DNA of 64,000 nt from Eremomyces bilateralis CBS 781.70. Taxonomy: Eukaryota. The stretch lies in assembly GCA_010015585.1 (NCBI GenBank), contig ML975161.1; one strand, written 5' to 3'. The notes under the pieces are model-generated. The model saw only the letters and a program-made list of their open reading frames with translations, did no database searches and was not told the origin of the DNA. Shown here one piece after another: positions 12,649-25,207 of the stretch. The translations under genes and the position numbers were made by a program. The first letter of the stretch is position 1; the number at the start of each line of letters is the position of its first letter.

Positions 12649-15600
12649 ATAATGTGTATGAGGACTGAAGGGAGAAGCGAATGGAAGATTCGACAATGAG
12701 GATTGAGGAGGTGGAGGAGAGGGAAGGAGCGATGGATGAAGGCGCTGGGCTGGGTACGGGAGCTGCGGATAGTGCAGGGGGGGGATACTTGATAAGAGCT
12801 AGGAAATCAGGCAGTCAGGCACACATATAGTTCAGTTTGACACGGCACAGTGCAGGTGTCTGTTAATCATCGATTGAATTGTCTCAATTCTCAAGGTGTT
12901 CACAGTTCAAGGTCTGATGCTGTGCAGGTTGAAGGGAAACACATATTAGGCGACTGTTCAACTGGTTAACAGACAGCAGTATTTTCAACTCTCGCTGTCC
13001 ACTGAAAACGCTCGAAGAAGACTCAACCCGCCCCGAGATTCGACCAGGATTAAGCCTGCTGCAGCCCTTCTCCTGCAGACGGGGACAGCAGCCAAGTCGA
13101 CTGCCTGCACTGCATGCGGCAAAAAGGTGGCCAGGGGTAGTAGGGGCTTCGGTCATCGGTGTGCCTCCATCCCACACTACAGCACACCACCCTTGATATT
13201 GCATCAATAGTTGCAATCACTCCAGAGTGGTGTATTCATGGTGTTATATCCCTTCCAAGTTCCAACTATTGAACCAGAAGGGAACTCGGAGAGTCACGAT
13301 TCACCATTAACGAAGATGTTGGTATTTCATCCTGTCCTGTCCTGTCTCTTGTCCTGGTTCTCTGCCTGTCCGACCCGATGTCCTAACCCTTGTATTCCCC
13401 CATTAAGTGTTCTTGAACTATTGATTCCAAAAGTCGAAAACAAAGACCATCTGCAGATGATGTACTTCCGTAACAAAGGTTCAATCAGTCAATTAGACAG
13501 ATTTGCGAGCCATCAATATGATAACTAGCCCCACATCGCAACGGAGATCGCACCGTTCCAGCCACTAGATATCTTTTTCCGGCGCGCAAACTGCGGGACG
13601 ACGCATAGAGGCTAACTTGGTATCGTGACTTTTGATCTCCGGGATCTCTGGTCAACTCCATCGCCCGCACCGTGGTATGGTGTGGTCCATTTCCAGGATC
13701 ACCGCACATGAGGCCCATGGAATTCTGGGATTACATGCCTTGCCTGATGCCGATATGTTCAGGGCCATTTTTGTTTTCTTGCCGAGTGGGTTCCTCTTAC
13801 AATTTACGTGCCAGCAGTGAGCCGCCCAGCATGTCCGCCGTCGCCCACGAAACTGCATTCTACTTGGAAAAAATCTAAAGCGGGCGACCCGATGATGACA
13901 ACAGGACAACACCCAACCAATCCCAGATAGAATTTTGTTCATGTTTCAGGCGTCCGAATCGGTGCATCTCACGAGAGTCACGACCATCCGCTTGGGCAGA
14001 TCGATCCATAACTGCCCGCCTTTTAATGGACCTTTTTTTCTGATATCAGAACTCCGAAGGCCAACGAGCGGCCGAAGAATCGTAAGAATAATTCGAACGA
14101 GTTCGACGCTGGAGTGCTAGACCCCTCCCATGAGGATGCCCCTCCAAAATGCGGCTACACCGCAGCGGGAATCGGCCAGAACAAAAGACGCTCATCATTG
14201 GGCGATGCTAGTGTACTACCCACGCCCAAACTCTGGAACACTAGCTGTCCGGCTTGCATGAGTTGCATCGCAGTAGTGAAGGAATACGGATTCCCTAGCA
14301 AGATATCCCGTCCACAGTCCGCCAGTCCCCTTCCTTACCGCTTGCAGCGAACTGACGACGACCGGCGTCCGCGGCGTGGAGACTGTTCTCGGAGAAAAGC
14401 TTCGATATAGAATCCAGCCCAACTTCCTCGGATGTCAGATCATTATCGTTTGATATCAGTGGAGGCCGACGACGGGGCAGGACGATATCGTACGAGCTAC
14501 AAAGCACTGGACACATCCTCAAGTCTAAGCGCCATTTATTTAAAATAAAAAAAGTCGCCTTCTCGAACACGGAAGAATATCTAGCCTCGTAAGCTAACAG
14601 TTGGGATTTTCGACAGGCCATGCGATCTTCGGTAATCCTCCCGAAGCTTACAAGAATTACCATTCAGAACACAGGCAGTATCGAGACTCGAGGAACTCTA
14701 TCATGAACTGCAGAATCACGCAATTGCGAACGCTCGTCCTTTGCTTTATAGTTTATGCACACCACAATTGACAATACCAGCATCATTCACCGCTTACCGC
14801 CCTCTCTCCTCATCCCCTGCCATCCCTCATCACTAACTCCAAAAAAGCCGCACCGATATACGAACAAAGCTTGGCCCTCTACTTTGCAGATTTGCGGCGA
14901 ACCGCACGGTTTACCCCGCAGTCTCCTGACTTGTCAGTTGTCACTGCAACATTTGGAATGGTCGGGTCCCGTAGTTCGATTAATCGAAACACCTGGTCAC
15001 GACCAGACCACCAACTGGCCTGGGAGCAACCCTCCCTCTTGGCCTCTTTATTCATCAATGAACCCAATCCTGGTTCTCCGGGAACGATCTTAATCTGTCG
15101 GTTTAAATTTGGGAAATTCCCTGCGCGGCTGCTTGGGTTTATAGTTCCCACAATTATACTCCGTATCAGATCTGTCGTACAACTTACAAGTAAAAAGAAG
15201 CGAGACGTGGAGAAGATGAGGCGAACTGAGGATTTGAACTTTGTAAGCACCTTGATATCATCATGCTGACACTGGACAGCCATCTCGTGCTCTGATGGCG
15301 TTCAGGACGATAGGAAATAAGGAATCGATGATTAGAAGACGACCTTAATTCCGATTCAGGAGTGTCTAACCTTCCTGTCGGTAGCGAGGGCTTCAACTTG
15401 AAACGCTGGGTTGTTAAATCAACCAGCGAACATGTCGATTCCTCTCCTCATGACTATACTACTGCTTGTTCGGTGTCGAGTGTCGACTTTGTGCTCGGCT
15501 TACTCACGTGCATAACCATACACTTTGTCCTTCGTTGCCGTTCGATGGCACAAAAAGCTGGGTTGTAGATCTCGACATGCCACCAGCTCACGTCGCTCAT

Positions 15601-17669
15601 GCACCGTTCGATCCCAGTCAATTTAATCCGATTCTTTAATCTTCCGCTTGGCAAAATCCTGTGGGGGGAAGACGAGATCGAACTCGACCCCACAGATTCA
15701 TCGCGATGTCATCCGTTCTCAATCCTCTCTACTCCGACCGATTTCTGTACTCAATACCATCGTAGGACATGCTACACGAAGTGCTCCCAACCATTCAGCG
15801 CGTTCCCTCTCGTTCTCGAAACATGTCTTGCATCGGGCTTCTGGGTACTGCGTTGGCGCCTTTCCAGACCGCCCAGGATCGCGAGGATGTCCAATGAACT
15901 CCGATGCTGTGGTTCGTCCTCGGGCATATGCATCATGCTGTGTACCTGACGTACATCCAGATTCCAGACGAATAATGCACTGGCGAAATGCGCATTTCCA
16001 CAGCAGATCTTCATTCGTCCGGCTCGGTAGGCTGCCAAAAAATCTCCTTTTGTGCCCTAAGTAATGAGTTTTATATGCCATCAAATCTCCCCTCATTGGC
16101 CGTTTTAGGGCTCTTCATTTCGCCGGGCGTATCTTCAAGGCCTCAATGGTAATCGTCCGATGCTCTGAGGAAATCCAATCTTTGTCCCTGGCTGATCCAG
16201 GCTTTGTCTCGTCCCTGTCCATGCTGCTTTATTCATTTTACGGGGTTCATCCTAGATGGATATTGTGATGATCATCCTTCGACACATTCAATGTCGAAAT
16301 GTCGAATAGACCACTGCATCACAGATCTATATCACAGAGCCACTATTATAACCACCCCGATCTTAGTCGGTTACTAGTGTACGCCCCGGAGATCTCTGCT
16401 CTCCATTCACAGCTTCGACCTTTGTTGATGTGGACTGACCTTTCTGCTTGGGCACTTCTGCTTGGCGGTCTTTGATTTACGTTTGGAATGAGTTAAGAGC
16501 CGCAATATGATTGAACCGCTCGACAAGAGGGCGGCGTATGCTCGATGGTTGCTCGATGCTCTTCTCCACAGCCTCACTATGCATCGGAAGCTAAGTGACG
16601 ATCTTCCACAATACCTTCACTACATGTTACATCTTCAAAAAAGTTGCCCCGAACGTGCCGATCCGCTTACCAAAGAGATGGCGACACGACAGACGCCGAC
16701 GCTCAGCCGCCCAGACATTCGCATTTACAAAGCTGATATCGTGAAAAATCGGAAACCGCCGAGCCCTGCACAGGCTTCCTCAACAGCATCGCGGTCTCAT
16801 GCAACGGAGCTGTACACGGACACTTGCAGCGCCGGCTTCGTCATGTGGACGTGGCTACCCGGTGGCTGGCCTCCAACGAGTACAGCACGGTATGCTCTGA
16901 CGCGCTGGTTGGCCTTGCCTACATCCGAGTACAAGCGACTTCCATTCGTGATCCGCAACTTTTGCACTGAGTTGACGTAAGCTTGCTCTTCCGCTGGTCT
17001 GGATTCTGAAAATGTCCAGTCGTGCTGCCGCAAGATGCGTTGCATCGCGTGTCGCCTACGCGTCCCGGGACGCAGCCACACACAAGAGCATTATCGTGCT
17101 TTCTCATCGCTGTTCACGCGACGTTTCTAAGGTGAGGTGGTGGATGGACGCGTAGACGTTGCGGTTCCGGCTCCCCATCCCTCCCTACCTTGCCAATGGT
17201 TCTTCGTGCAGGACAACCCAGCTGTTGTGCAACGTTGCGATCTCAGCGGCGGCATCGATCCTGATTCTTAATATCGTTGATATCAGATAGACTGACGGGA
17301 TTCCATTTCTAGAGAGCTTTTCCTGGGATCTTTGCTAATTGGTTCATGATTGATGCATTTGTGTTTCATCTGTCCTTTTTTGGTAGATGATTGTCAAGGA
17401 TGAGTAAAGTCAAGATCCAGCGCCACCGGTAGTTAATTTCAGTAAAAGAGACGTCCGCAGGTCGACCGCCAGAATGGCCGGCTTGCCTCTGGCGGTTGCA
17501 AAATGTGAGAGAACGCTTGCCTTTTTTTCGAGAGAGAGTGTCCCGCCAGAAAACGCGATATCACCCAATTTATGACCAAAACGTGCTAAATTCGGACCTT
17601 CAAGTTGTGAAATTAAAAGGAAACTATTAGATTGAGTTTTATATCAAGATTTTCATTTTTTATTAGGAA

Positions 17670-18540
17670 ATGGCGCCTCAACTACGTGGAATTGGTACGC
17701 GCAGTACGCGAACGCGCGTCCGATTTGAAGACGAGATTGAAAGCACTGCTGAACTTGTGAGAGAACAAACAGCTACGAAGAAAAAGAACACAAAGAAGGC
17801 GGCTCCAAAGACGGCGGGCCAAAAAAAGAAAGCCCAGCCAGCTCCAAATAAGATATTGACGAAGGCATCGTCGACTAGTATACCCAAGACTGCTAGCAAG
17901 ACAACACCTATTCAGCTAGATCTGCAAAAGGACCTTGCAGACGATGAGGAAGAGCTAGGAGAGGAAGAGCAGGAAGAAGATACGGTTACTCCGAAACCGA
18001 GCCGTAAACGGAGTCGATTTCAAACCGATCAGATACCGATACGGACACCACCTACGATGACCGGTTCGAAGACATATGATCCTCTAAGAAGATAGAGTAG
18101 TCTACTCCTAGAGACCAGTCCAGAAACTCTTGCCTCCCAGGAACGACGAGCTGTTAACCGTGACCGTAGATTAGGTAAGATTGACGAATATGGAAGGCTC
18201 ATTAAGAAGGACGTACATGGGAACATCATCTATAAGCCATCTCCTAGAACCAGGAATTCTCTAACGTAGCCAACTACACGGCAACGGCTTTATACAGCCA
18301 TAAACACATTTCAAGCCGAGAAGATTCCCGGTTACAAGATTCACATCCAGCTTTGCGTCCATGATAACGGCAGGCGTCACTTCGATGCCACCCTGGATAC
18401 GGTGAGGCGTAACGATTCTGAGATCACAGACGTAGAGAACGAGGTACTAGCGAACCTAGGTAGCCCTCTAAGGGACGAAAACTAAAGATACGAGAAGATT
18501 GTTGTTACCGTTCGCGTACCAATTATCCGGATGACCTACC
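17670..18540 (+). pseudogene. Second ORF of the Tc1-like element (Lys-rich/acidic N-terminus, unknown function)
   Basis: ATG lies just inside the left TIR. One frame reads as protein for ~290 codons, broken only by TAG/TAG/TAA stops (~18093, ~18267, ~18483). Convergent with the transposase. Confidence 0.55.
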
Positions 18541-19580
18541 CTCACATTTTCAAACCCACAGAGTTGTACACGAAGCTCATAATACTGCTGATCAGAGACA
18601 TAGATTCTGTGAGCTGCGCTTGCAAAATGCTCGAGCCCAAAACGGTCACATTGACTGCGCGTAATGGCAAAGTCGAGGAACTCGCCGAAGTTGCCATTTA
18701 GATGGCGCGTATAGACGTGATTACGTCTGGTTGAAGCTTTAAGGACTAACCAGACCATCTAGATGGGGCTATAGTCTAGAGAGTACGGCGGCGTAAAACG
18801 TACAAGATGTCCTGCTCCCTCGAGAAGCCTTATAACATCCTCTGAAACATGCGTCGAATAGTTATCAAGTACGATAACGCGTGGACCAGAGTTTCTAGCC
18901 AAAGAAGGAAGTAGGACGTCCCGTAGCCACTCAATCAAATGCTCTCGACTACAGTAGCCTTGGTGTATACCTTAGGCAACTAAGCCTCTGATCGTATACG
19001 CCCGGATAGCAGCCCAAAGTCTTGCCCCGATGCAATGTTCCTGAAACCGCGGGATTCATGCCCAATGGGCGAATAACAACGGTATCTCCAGTCCGTCTTC
19101 TCATTGAAGATCGACTCGTCAAGAAAGACCATATCATCGGCGTCAAACTAACGAAGCTCTACTTAATACGCTTCCCGCATCTCTTGGGGCCGATTCCGCG
19201 AGATCCACCTGATTCTTTTTCGTGACCAATGTCTCCGCTTAACCACGCGGCATACCATAGACTCGCTAACGTGTACGCCCCTTTCTATATCTAACCAGAA
19301 TACAATTTTATCAAGATATAGCCACCCTTCCTGAAGTAGCTTCTCGAAGAGCGCTTCTTCGTCTGCTTGCGACAACGAACAAGGACGGCCCCGTTTCCGG
19401 CGGTATGGGGTACGAAAAGAGCTATATCGAACAAGATGTGCACGATAGCGGTAGTCTGCCGGTAGATAGTAGAAACTCCTCGGCCGGTTGCCGCTGCAAT
19501 GGCTGGTGGTGACCAACCTAGGAGGAAGTATCTTATGCATTATTGAGCGCGTTTCGTGTCTTCTACGCCATGGTAGTCAT
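18468..19580 (-). pseudogene. DD34E transposase (DDE_3 / Tc1-IS630), inactivated
   Basis: HTH-like GWSPPAIAAATGRGVSTIYR, GRPCSLS, second HTH GVHVSESMVCRVVK, VFLDES, and VIVLDNYSTH + 34 aa ...PPYSLDYSPI* where the catalytic Glu codon is now TAG. Several stops and frameshifts. Confidence 0.9.
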
Positions 19581-20353
19581 ATTGAAGCACCAAAGGCTAA
19601 CTCAAATCGCGTCAGTAATTTAAACTATATTACTTCTCTAGGAATATATACATTTTAGACAATTGAGGCCCGATTTCAGCGCGTTTTGGTCATAAAATGG
19701 GTGATATCGCGTTTTCTGGAGGAGTTGCCAGCGGGACACACACACTCAAGAAACGCCAAGCGTTCTGCTCTCACATTTTGCAACCGCCAGCTACCCGTGC
19801 ACGCTCATTGGTCGATGTCAGGATGTCTGCTCTGCTCGGTCCGCCTACTTCGACCTCACATATAAAATGGGCATCCCACCATCCCTTCTTCTACCGTTTT
19901 ATTTCATCGCTCCGCCTTCCCCTCTCCTTCACGAACCCCCTTAACTACTGCGGCGACTGAGAGATCACGACCACTCATCATCCTTCGCTCACCTTAGCTC
20001 CACCCTGTTTCTCTGCTTTCGCTGCATTCCCCTGCAGCCCCACACCTCCTTGTCGCCGTTCCAAGTGTTGTATATTTAAGAGCCTTTTTGAATTCGGGAC
20101 GCAATCGCTTCGTGGAGATATTCCGTTTTGGGGGTCATGTAAGGTAGTCCACGGGACTTTGTAGGCTTTATGGTTTCTCGAATTGTTTGAATTTAGTCTT
20201 GTTCGATAGCCAGGATAGCTAAGTTGATTCTAGCTTCATTTGAAGGTGATTGAGGGTACTATTGTTGAGACATTGCGAGAAAACGATGATAATCGCTGTT
20301 ATGGGGATGAGATGAGCGAGTCGGTGGTATGGGCGACTCGCGGGTGGATTACG

Positions 20354-21509
20354 TTAAGCCAAATCCTTGACATTTTCAGCAACTGTTTCCTCAAGGCTGG
20401 TCCAACCTTCACGTCCAAAAGTTTCCTGTAGCAGTTGCTCTCCTCGTTTAGTCGGGAATGTTAAAATACTGAGTTTCGCACCCTCGATATCATCGGCGAA
20501 CTTCTTGGATGGATATAGCATCCGCAGGGCAGCTAGGATTTGATTCCATGTATAAGGGCCGGCAGACGCAAAGACCCGCTCGTTTTTCACCGACTCGGAG
20601 AGCAGCGCAGCCACGTGGAGACGCCCGACGTCTTTGACGTTCACGTACCACTCTGTAGTCGTATTAGTTCGGTTAACATATGCCGGATATTGTTTCGGAA
20701 TAGAAAGACTTACGCGGAGGTAACTGCTTGACAAAATCAACCCCGTTCTTATAAACCATCGTGATCCAACCGCCCGTGCTCAAACTCCCCTGCGTACTTA
20801 ACACCTCGCCAATGGTCGCGTCAGGCAGGATGGCGTTGGCTCGGAAGTGAGGCTTCTCTTCCTTCACGTACTTCCAAAAGGCCTTCTCACCCTCTGCTTT
20901 GCTGGCGCCGTATACGGCATTCGCGTGCGCAGCAGGGAACGGCGCCGATGTGACACTCCATGCCTCCTTGATTTGGGCATCGTTCCAGGTTGACGTGTCG
21001 ATGATCACAGGCAGATTGGAACCAGAGGCGGCCACGCTGCTAGACGTGTACACGAAGCTCTTGACTGATGGCTCTTCGGCTGCTGACTGGAGTAGAGTCG
21101 TCACACCGGCTACAGTCGGTAAAATTACTTCATTGGGGTCCGGGCTGAAGGACACGTTTGAAGCGTTATGGATGACTCCTTGGACGCCTAGGTGGTAGAA
21201 GTAGAAGTTAGAAATAGTTAAGCTCAAGGTACAAGGGAGTTTCCAATTACCCTTTACCGCCTCGTCAAACGCCCCGATGGCCGACATCTCTGGTACAATA
21301 ATAGCGGAGAATTTGCCAGCGCCATATCGGGCTGAAAAGAATTCTGTAGTCCATGCTGCTTTTTTCTCGTCGCGAACTGTACCCCTGACGTGGTAACCAG
21401 CAAGGAGCAGTTGGTCAACAATGTGGGTTGCCATGTAGCCACTAGCGCCGGTCACAAGGACAAGCGAGCCAGCGGGGAAAGCAGTGTCACTAGGGGAGAG
21501 GTTTAACAT
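20354..21509 (-). CDS. NAD(P)-dependent aldehyde reductase / extended SDR (aldehyde reductase II, GRE2-like); introns 21250-21188 and 20713-20653
   Basis: VLVTGASGYMATHIVDQLL Rossmann motif, VIHNAS, FVYTSSSVA, catalytic YGASK, YVNVKDVGRLHV. Splicing gives an uninterrupted frame. Confidence 0.92.
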
Positions 21510-21546
21510 GATGAGATAGAAGTGTGGGTGTATATGTGAAGGTGAC

Positions 21547-21684
21547 GAGTGAAGATGCTAAGAGTGATATTGAGTGAAGATGCTAAGAGCGATATTGAGT
21601 GAGATGCTAAGAGCGATATTGAGTGAGATGCTAAGAGAGGTATTGAGTGAGATGCTAAGAGAGGTATTGAGTGAATATGATAAG
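21547..21684. repeat. 24-25 bp minisatellite (~5.5 copies of GAGTGA(A)GATGCTAAGAGNGRTATT) between the TATA box and ATG of the reductase
   Basis: Tandem copies seen directly. TATATAA on the minus strand at ~21709-21715. Confidence 0.9.
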
Positions 21685-21778
21685 TGAGGATAATGATTCC
21701 ATTCCTAATTATATATCGCTACTTATATTATCAATTCCATCGCTGCTGCCCAGGTTCATAATGTTTGATCAGTTATCG

Positions 21779-21862
21779 TATGGTTGCTAAGCAGCAATGG
21801 TTGCTCAGCAGAAGTCTCGTATGGTCGCTAAGCAGCAGTCATGGTATGGTTCCGAAGCAGAA
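21779..21862. repeat. Four spaced copies of a TATGGTTGCTAAGCAG-like motif
   Basis: tatggttgctaagcagca (21779), atggttgctcagcagaa (21797), tatggtcgctaagcagca (21820), tatggttccgaagcagaa (21845). Confidence 0.85.
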
Positions 21863-22320
21863 TATCTATATGCTTGGAGATCAACCCACGGACAGTCTAG
21901 CATCAACTCCACAGTGACATCCTTAATTAGTGAAGATGTCTTTTTTATCTTAGCTGGGGCTCACCCGTCAATGGTACCCCCTGGCCAGCCTTCCACTATA
22001 CCCAATGAAGCCTAGCCTCATCTTTAGCATTTGCTACTAAATATTGACTACTACGTAGTAATCATGCCATAAAGACAGGAGGCACAACTGCTGTCTGAGT
22101 GACAGGTGCCTTGTTGCGTTATGGACTTAAGTTAGGAAAGGGGGTTCACGTGGTCCTAGGGAATACCACGCCTGTGTATCTTATACCTCTCCTTCCGCCG
22201 TTCCTGTTTTTATTTTCCTTTTTCTTTACCTTTCGTTTCGTCAGAAACTAGCTAGTAAACCTTTGAGACCCATCCAAGGTCCCTCCTTATTAGCACAGTG
22301 ATAAAAGATGAGCTTTGGAA

Positions 22321-22550
22321 TGTTACGAGCTGCAATGGTACGGGGATCTCTCCCGAAACGTTCCAAAGCTCACCTCTCCCGTAACGGTCCAAAAGCTCTT
22401 TCTCGCAATGCTTTCGTTCTTCCTCAGCCCTTATAAACGAGCAGCAGCCACATAATAGAACTCGACAGTCTATTACGGATGAGCAACAGCGATATAATCA
22501 AACACAGCAAGCCCCGATAAATGCGCAACAAACTTTTACGAGCGAGCAAC
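22321..22550. mobile_element. Possible solo LTR abutting the 3' end of the DUF3435 pseudogene
   Basis: 230-bp segment starting TGTTAC and ending GCAACA with an internal TATAAA. The DUF3435 C2H2 reading frame loses protein-like sequence exactly at 22550. No target-site duplication found. Confidence 0.3.
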
Positions 22551-24560
22551 AGCAGCAAGTGCATCTTACTGTTGAGTGACATCTTGCAAACCTTGCAGTG
22601 GACCCTCTCGCTGTCCCTAATATTGGACAGGTGTTTCCGCCGAAAGTGCTTGCTAAGGTTAGAGGGTGTGCTGAAGGAATAGACTCGTGTAGCAAGCGGC
22701 AAAGTGACGTTACCACGACAAAGAAAACATATCGTCGGTCGCTTTTCCTTAAAGACCGGCAACAAAGCGGCCTCTATTTCCTTTTATATTGGCTTAACGG
22801 AAGCTGCTGATCAGTCGTTATCCTCCTTTTTGATCGACAGGTGCTTCGTCTGACCTCGAGAGCGCGTTCGGCTTTTGGGTATGTCGCCTTCTTCGATTTT
22901 GCAATACTCTGTGACGGCGATGATGGCCTCGTTCCGCTGCCGGAACTCCTCTGCGAGAGTGTTCCCTGGTGGGACAAGTATGAGCGCCTCGATCAATCGC
23001 TTCTGTTCCGGACAAGTCTCGTCCGCGAGGTAAGACGCAACTATTGGCTTTTGGCTGACCTTCACACCGGACAGCTGTCGTTCAATCGCTCGTACCGGGT
23101 CTTCCTTCCCCTATTTCTCTTAAATCTCCACAAGACGTGATGTCCGAAGGCGTTGCTTCTTACTTATTATCGTCTTGTTGTGTTCAATATACTTGATATG
23201 CTTCGGACTGTAGCGGCGTTTTAGTCAGTCCCGATCCTGCAGAAGAGAACGAATAAGAGGGCTTTGGTTCACCGAATCTCCTGCTCTGCGGTAAGGCCTA
23301 GGGTCGATTCGGGACTATTCATCGGATCATGTTACAAGCAGCTTGCATGACTGAGTCTTGGGGCTGGGGTCACCGCAAAATTGCGGCAGCATCTACTGTC
23401 ACTCGTCGATGGAGGTAGTGTTTAAGAACGTCCGTGGATAATCGTATTGCATCATCAGGTTCTGGAGCGCCTCGCTGACGTTGCCTACAGAAGAACACCA
23501 CTCGCATCACCCAAATATAGCATTAAGGGTAGGCCACATACAGATTTCATGGAAAGCCTTTCCAACACCATATCGGAGTGCGTATGGGCGCAGAAGCAGC
23601 TTAAACCTAGTGAGCTCGCCGACCTTCCATCGCATACTGGATGGTTGAGTACTCTAGAGGCTCTTCCTTAGATATCTCCCATCCCTCTGGCGTTTTAATA
23701 GCTTTTCGGAAAATCGGAGCATCGTCTAGGTCAGATCGTAGCGGAAGTGGTAGTTGTTGATGATCTGGCTCGATATCCAGCCTGCTGAACAGCGTTGGAG
23801 AGGTAAGACTTGGTGCTACGAAAGCTTGATCATCGAAAATCAGACCCAGCAGGAGCACGTGCGGGCTGTAAATCAAAGACGGATCATATATGATCTCTGG
23901 GGTTGGAAGCGTGTTTCTGTGCACTAGTAAGTAGGTTATATAAAAGGAAGAGTAGCTGTAAGGGAGCAAGTGTAAGGAAACGCAACGTAAAACTCAACGT
24001 ACATGAAACGCTGTACCTCGATCCGGATTCTCTTATGCGAATATCTACTTTTGACTGCGTACAAATTTGTCCGCAGCGCTTCTTTCAGATCCTCGACATA
24101 CATGCACGGCTTTTCCCTGGCTTCCTTTTTTAATCCGTCTCTTCGATAGCTTGCTCAGCACCCGAAAGAGTGTTAAAATGGACCGTTGATCTTGTCGCCA
24201 GTGGCTCGCTTGTACACAAGCCGATAGATTTTCCAGTATGTGCCCCAAGAACTGGCCAGTTTGGTCCCTCGAAGTCGCCGTCCTTCCTTCCCGCGGCGCT
24301 GGCTGAGCAGCCAGTGGAAAAAGTTGTGCAATACTTTGATTGATATGGCCTGGTACATCTTCTTAGGGTCTTTTCCGGTATAGGTACAGTATCTATCCAG
24401 CGTCAGAGAAATGCAGCAATATGGAAGAGAAGGCCATGCTACGAACTGGTGCCACTGCGCTTCGCTCCGATCGAGGACGAGAGTAGTGCCATCTCTAGAA
24501 TAACTTTTTAGGAGAAAAAGGAAAGTGGAGGGGCGGTATAGATTCGATTACTCGTCGCTC
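22551..24560 (-). pseudogene. DUF3435 tyrosine recombinase (Starship captain-type) with C-terminal C2H2 fingers, pseudogenised
   Basis: Segments in order: TTLVLDRSEAQWHQ^YCTYTGKDP; LHNFFHWLLSQRRGKEGRRLRGTKLASSWGTYWKIYRLVY; EKPCMYVEDL; NTLPTPEIIYDPSLIYSPHVLLLGLIFDDQAF; RPYALRYGVGKAF; NLMMQY..LKHYLHRRV; EEFRQRNEAIIAVTEYCKIEEG; RPTICFLC..NLSKHFRRKH..CKVC. Many frameshifts and stops. Confidence 0.85.
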
Positions 24561-25207
24561 TCAGTTTATGTTTTATTTATCTGCCAGTCTTCTCATTGAA
24601 GAGCTCGCGCACACGTTAGTTGCGCATCTCCTAGAGGACATTGCTCCAATGGTTAGGCACTTCGACAGGTATATTACTGAAGTTGAATACGGTCATAGAA
24701 TGGCCTAGGTAGAGTAACAACGGATAATTTGAAGTCCCCGCATTTGATGCACTTCGCTGTTCTCCTCAGACTCGGACTATGACAAACCTAATCTGCATTT
24801 GTTGTCTCGAGCATCCTTCCACCCATTCCATATCACTTGCGACTTCAGGTACAATGTTGTCTCACTCGTCATCATTTATAAGAGAGAAGAGCAGACTGTT
24901 CGCTGCGTCACGGGTAGGAATACGCCCTGTGTACGATGCTGAGACAAGATATGCTTTGAGTCCTACTTTCTAGGAACTCCATCGATCGAAATCAATTGGT
25001 GTATCTGCACTGTCCACAGTGAAAACTGTAGTAGAGGGTGGGAGGACGTTGGATACACCCAGAGACTCCTTGGCCAAGGGTTGCCTCGACAGTCAAGTCA
25101 GTGGTGGCAGCTCCTACAGCAGTCTTGGGCTATATATCAAGTGCATTCTTCCATCGATCAATTACCTCAAACTGGCCTGTCATTGATATCTTAGTTATGA
25201 CTGCGAA

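Larger units (their letters stand above)
17489..19790. mobile_element. Tc1/IS630-family DNA transposon, ~2.3 kb, with ~130-bp imperfect TIRs (degenerate)
   Basis: Left arm CTGGCGGTTGCAAAATGTGAGAG...CCAGAAAACGCGATATCACCCA.TTTATGACCAAAACG (from 17489) is the reverse complement of the right arm ending ...CTCTCACATTTTGCAACCGCCAG (19790). It encloses a DDE transposase. A TA target duplication is not cleanly preserved. Confidence 0.9.

Noticed and set aside
12046..12696. 216-aa minus-strand ORF upstream of BNI4
   Set aside because: It is a translation of low-complexity CT-rich and microsatellite leader sequence with a non-ATG start.
13200..17100. Numerous 60-157 aa ORFs as genes
   Set aside because: No recognisable motifs or consistent splice structure. 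They may be decayed cargo but cannot be supported by eye.
21547..21862. Repeat arrays as a CRISPR-like locus
   Set aside because: The units are contiguous or have only 0-7 nt gaps, with no unique spacers and no cas genes. The context is eukaryotic.
24706..24717. TTAC-N7-A on the minus strand upstream of the DUF3435 gene as the Starship boundary
   Set aside because: Only 5 specified bases, so it is expected about once per kb per strand. No matching second boundary could be identified.
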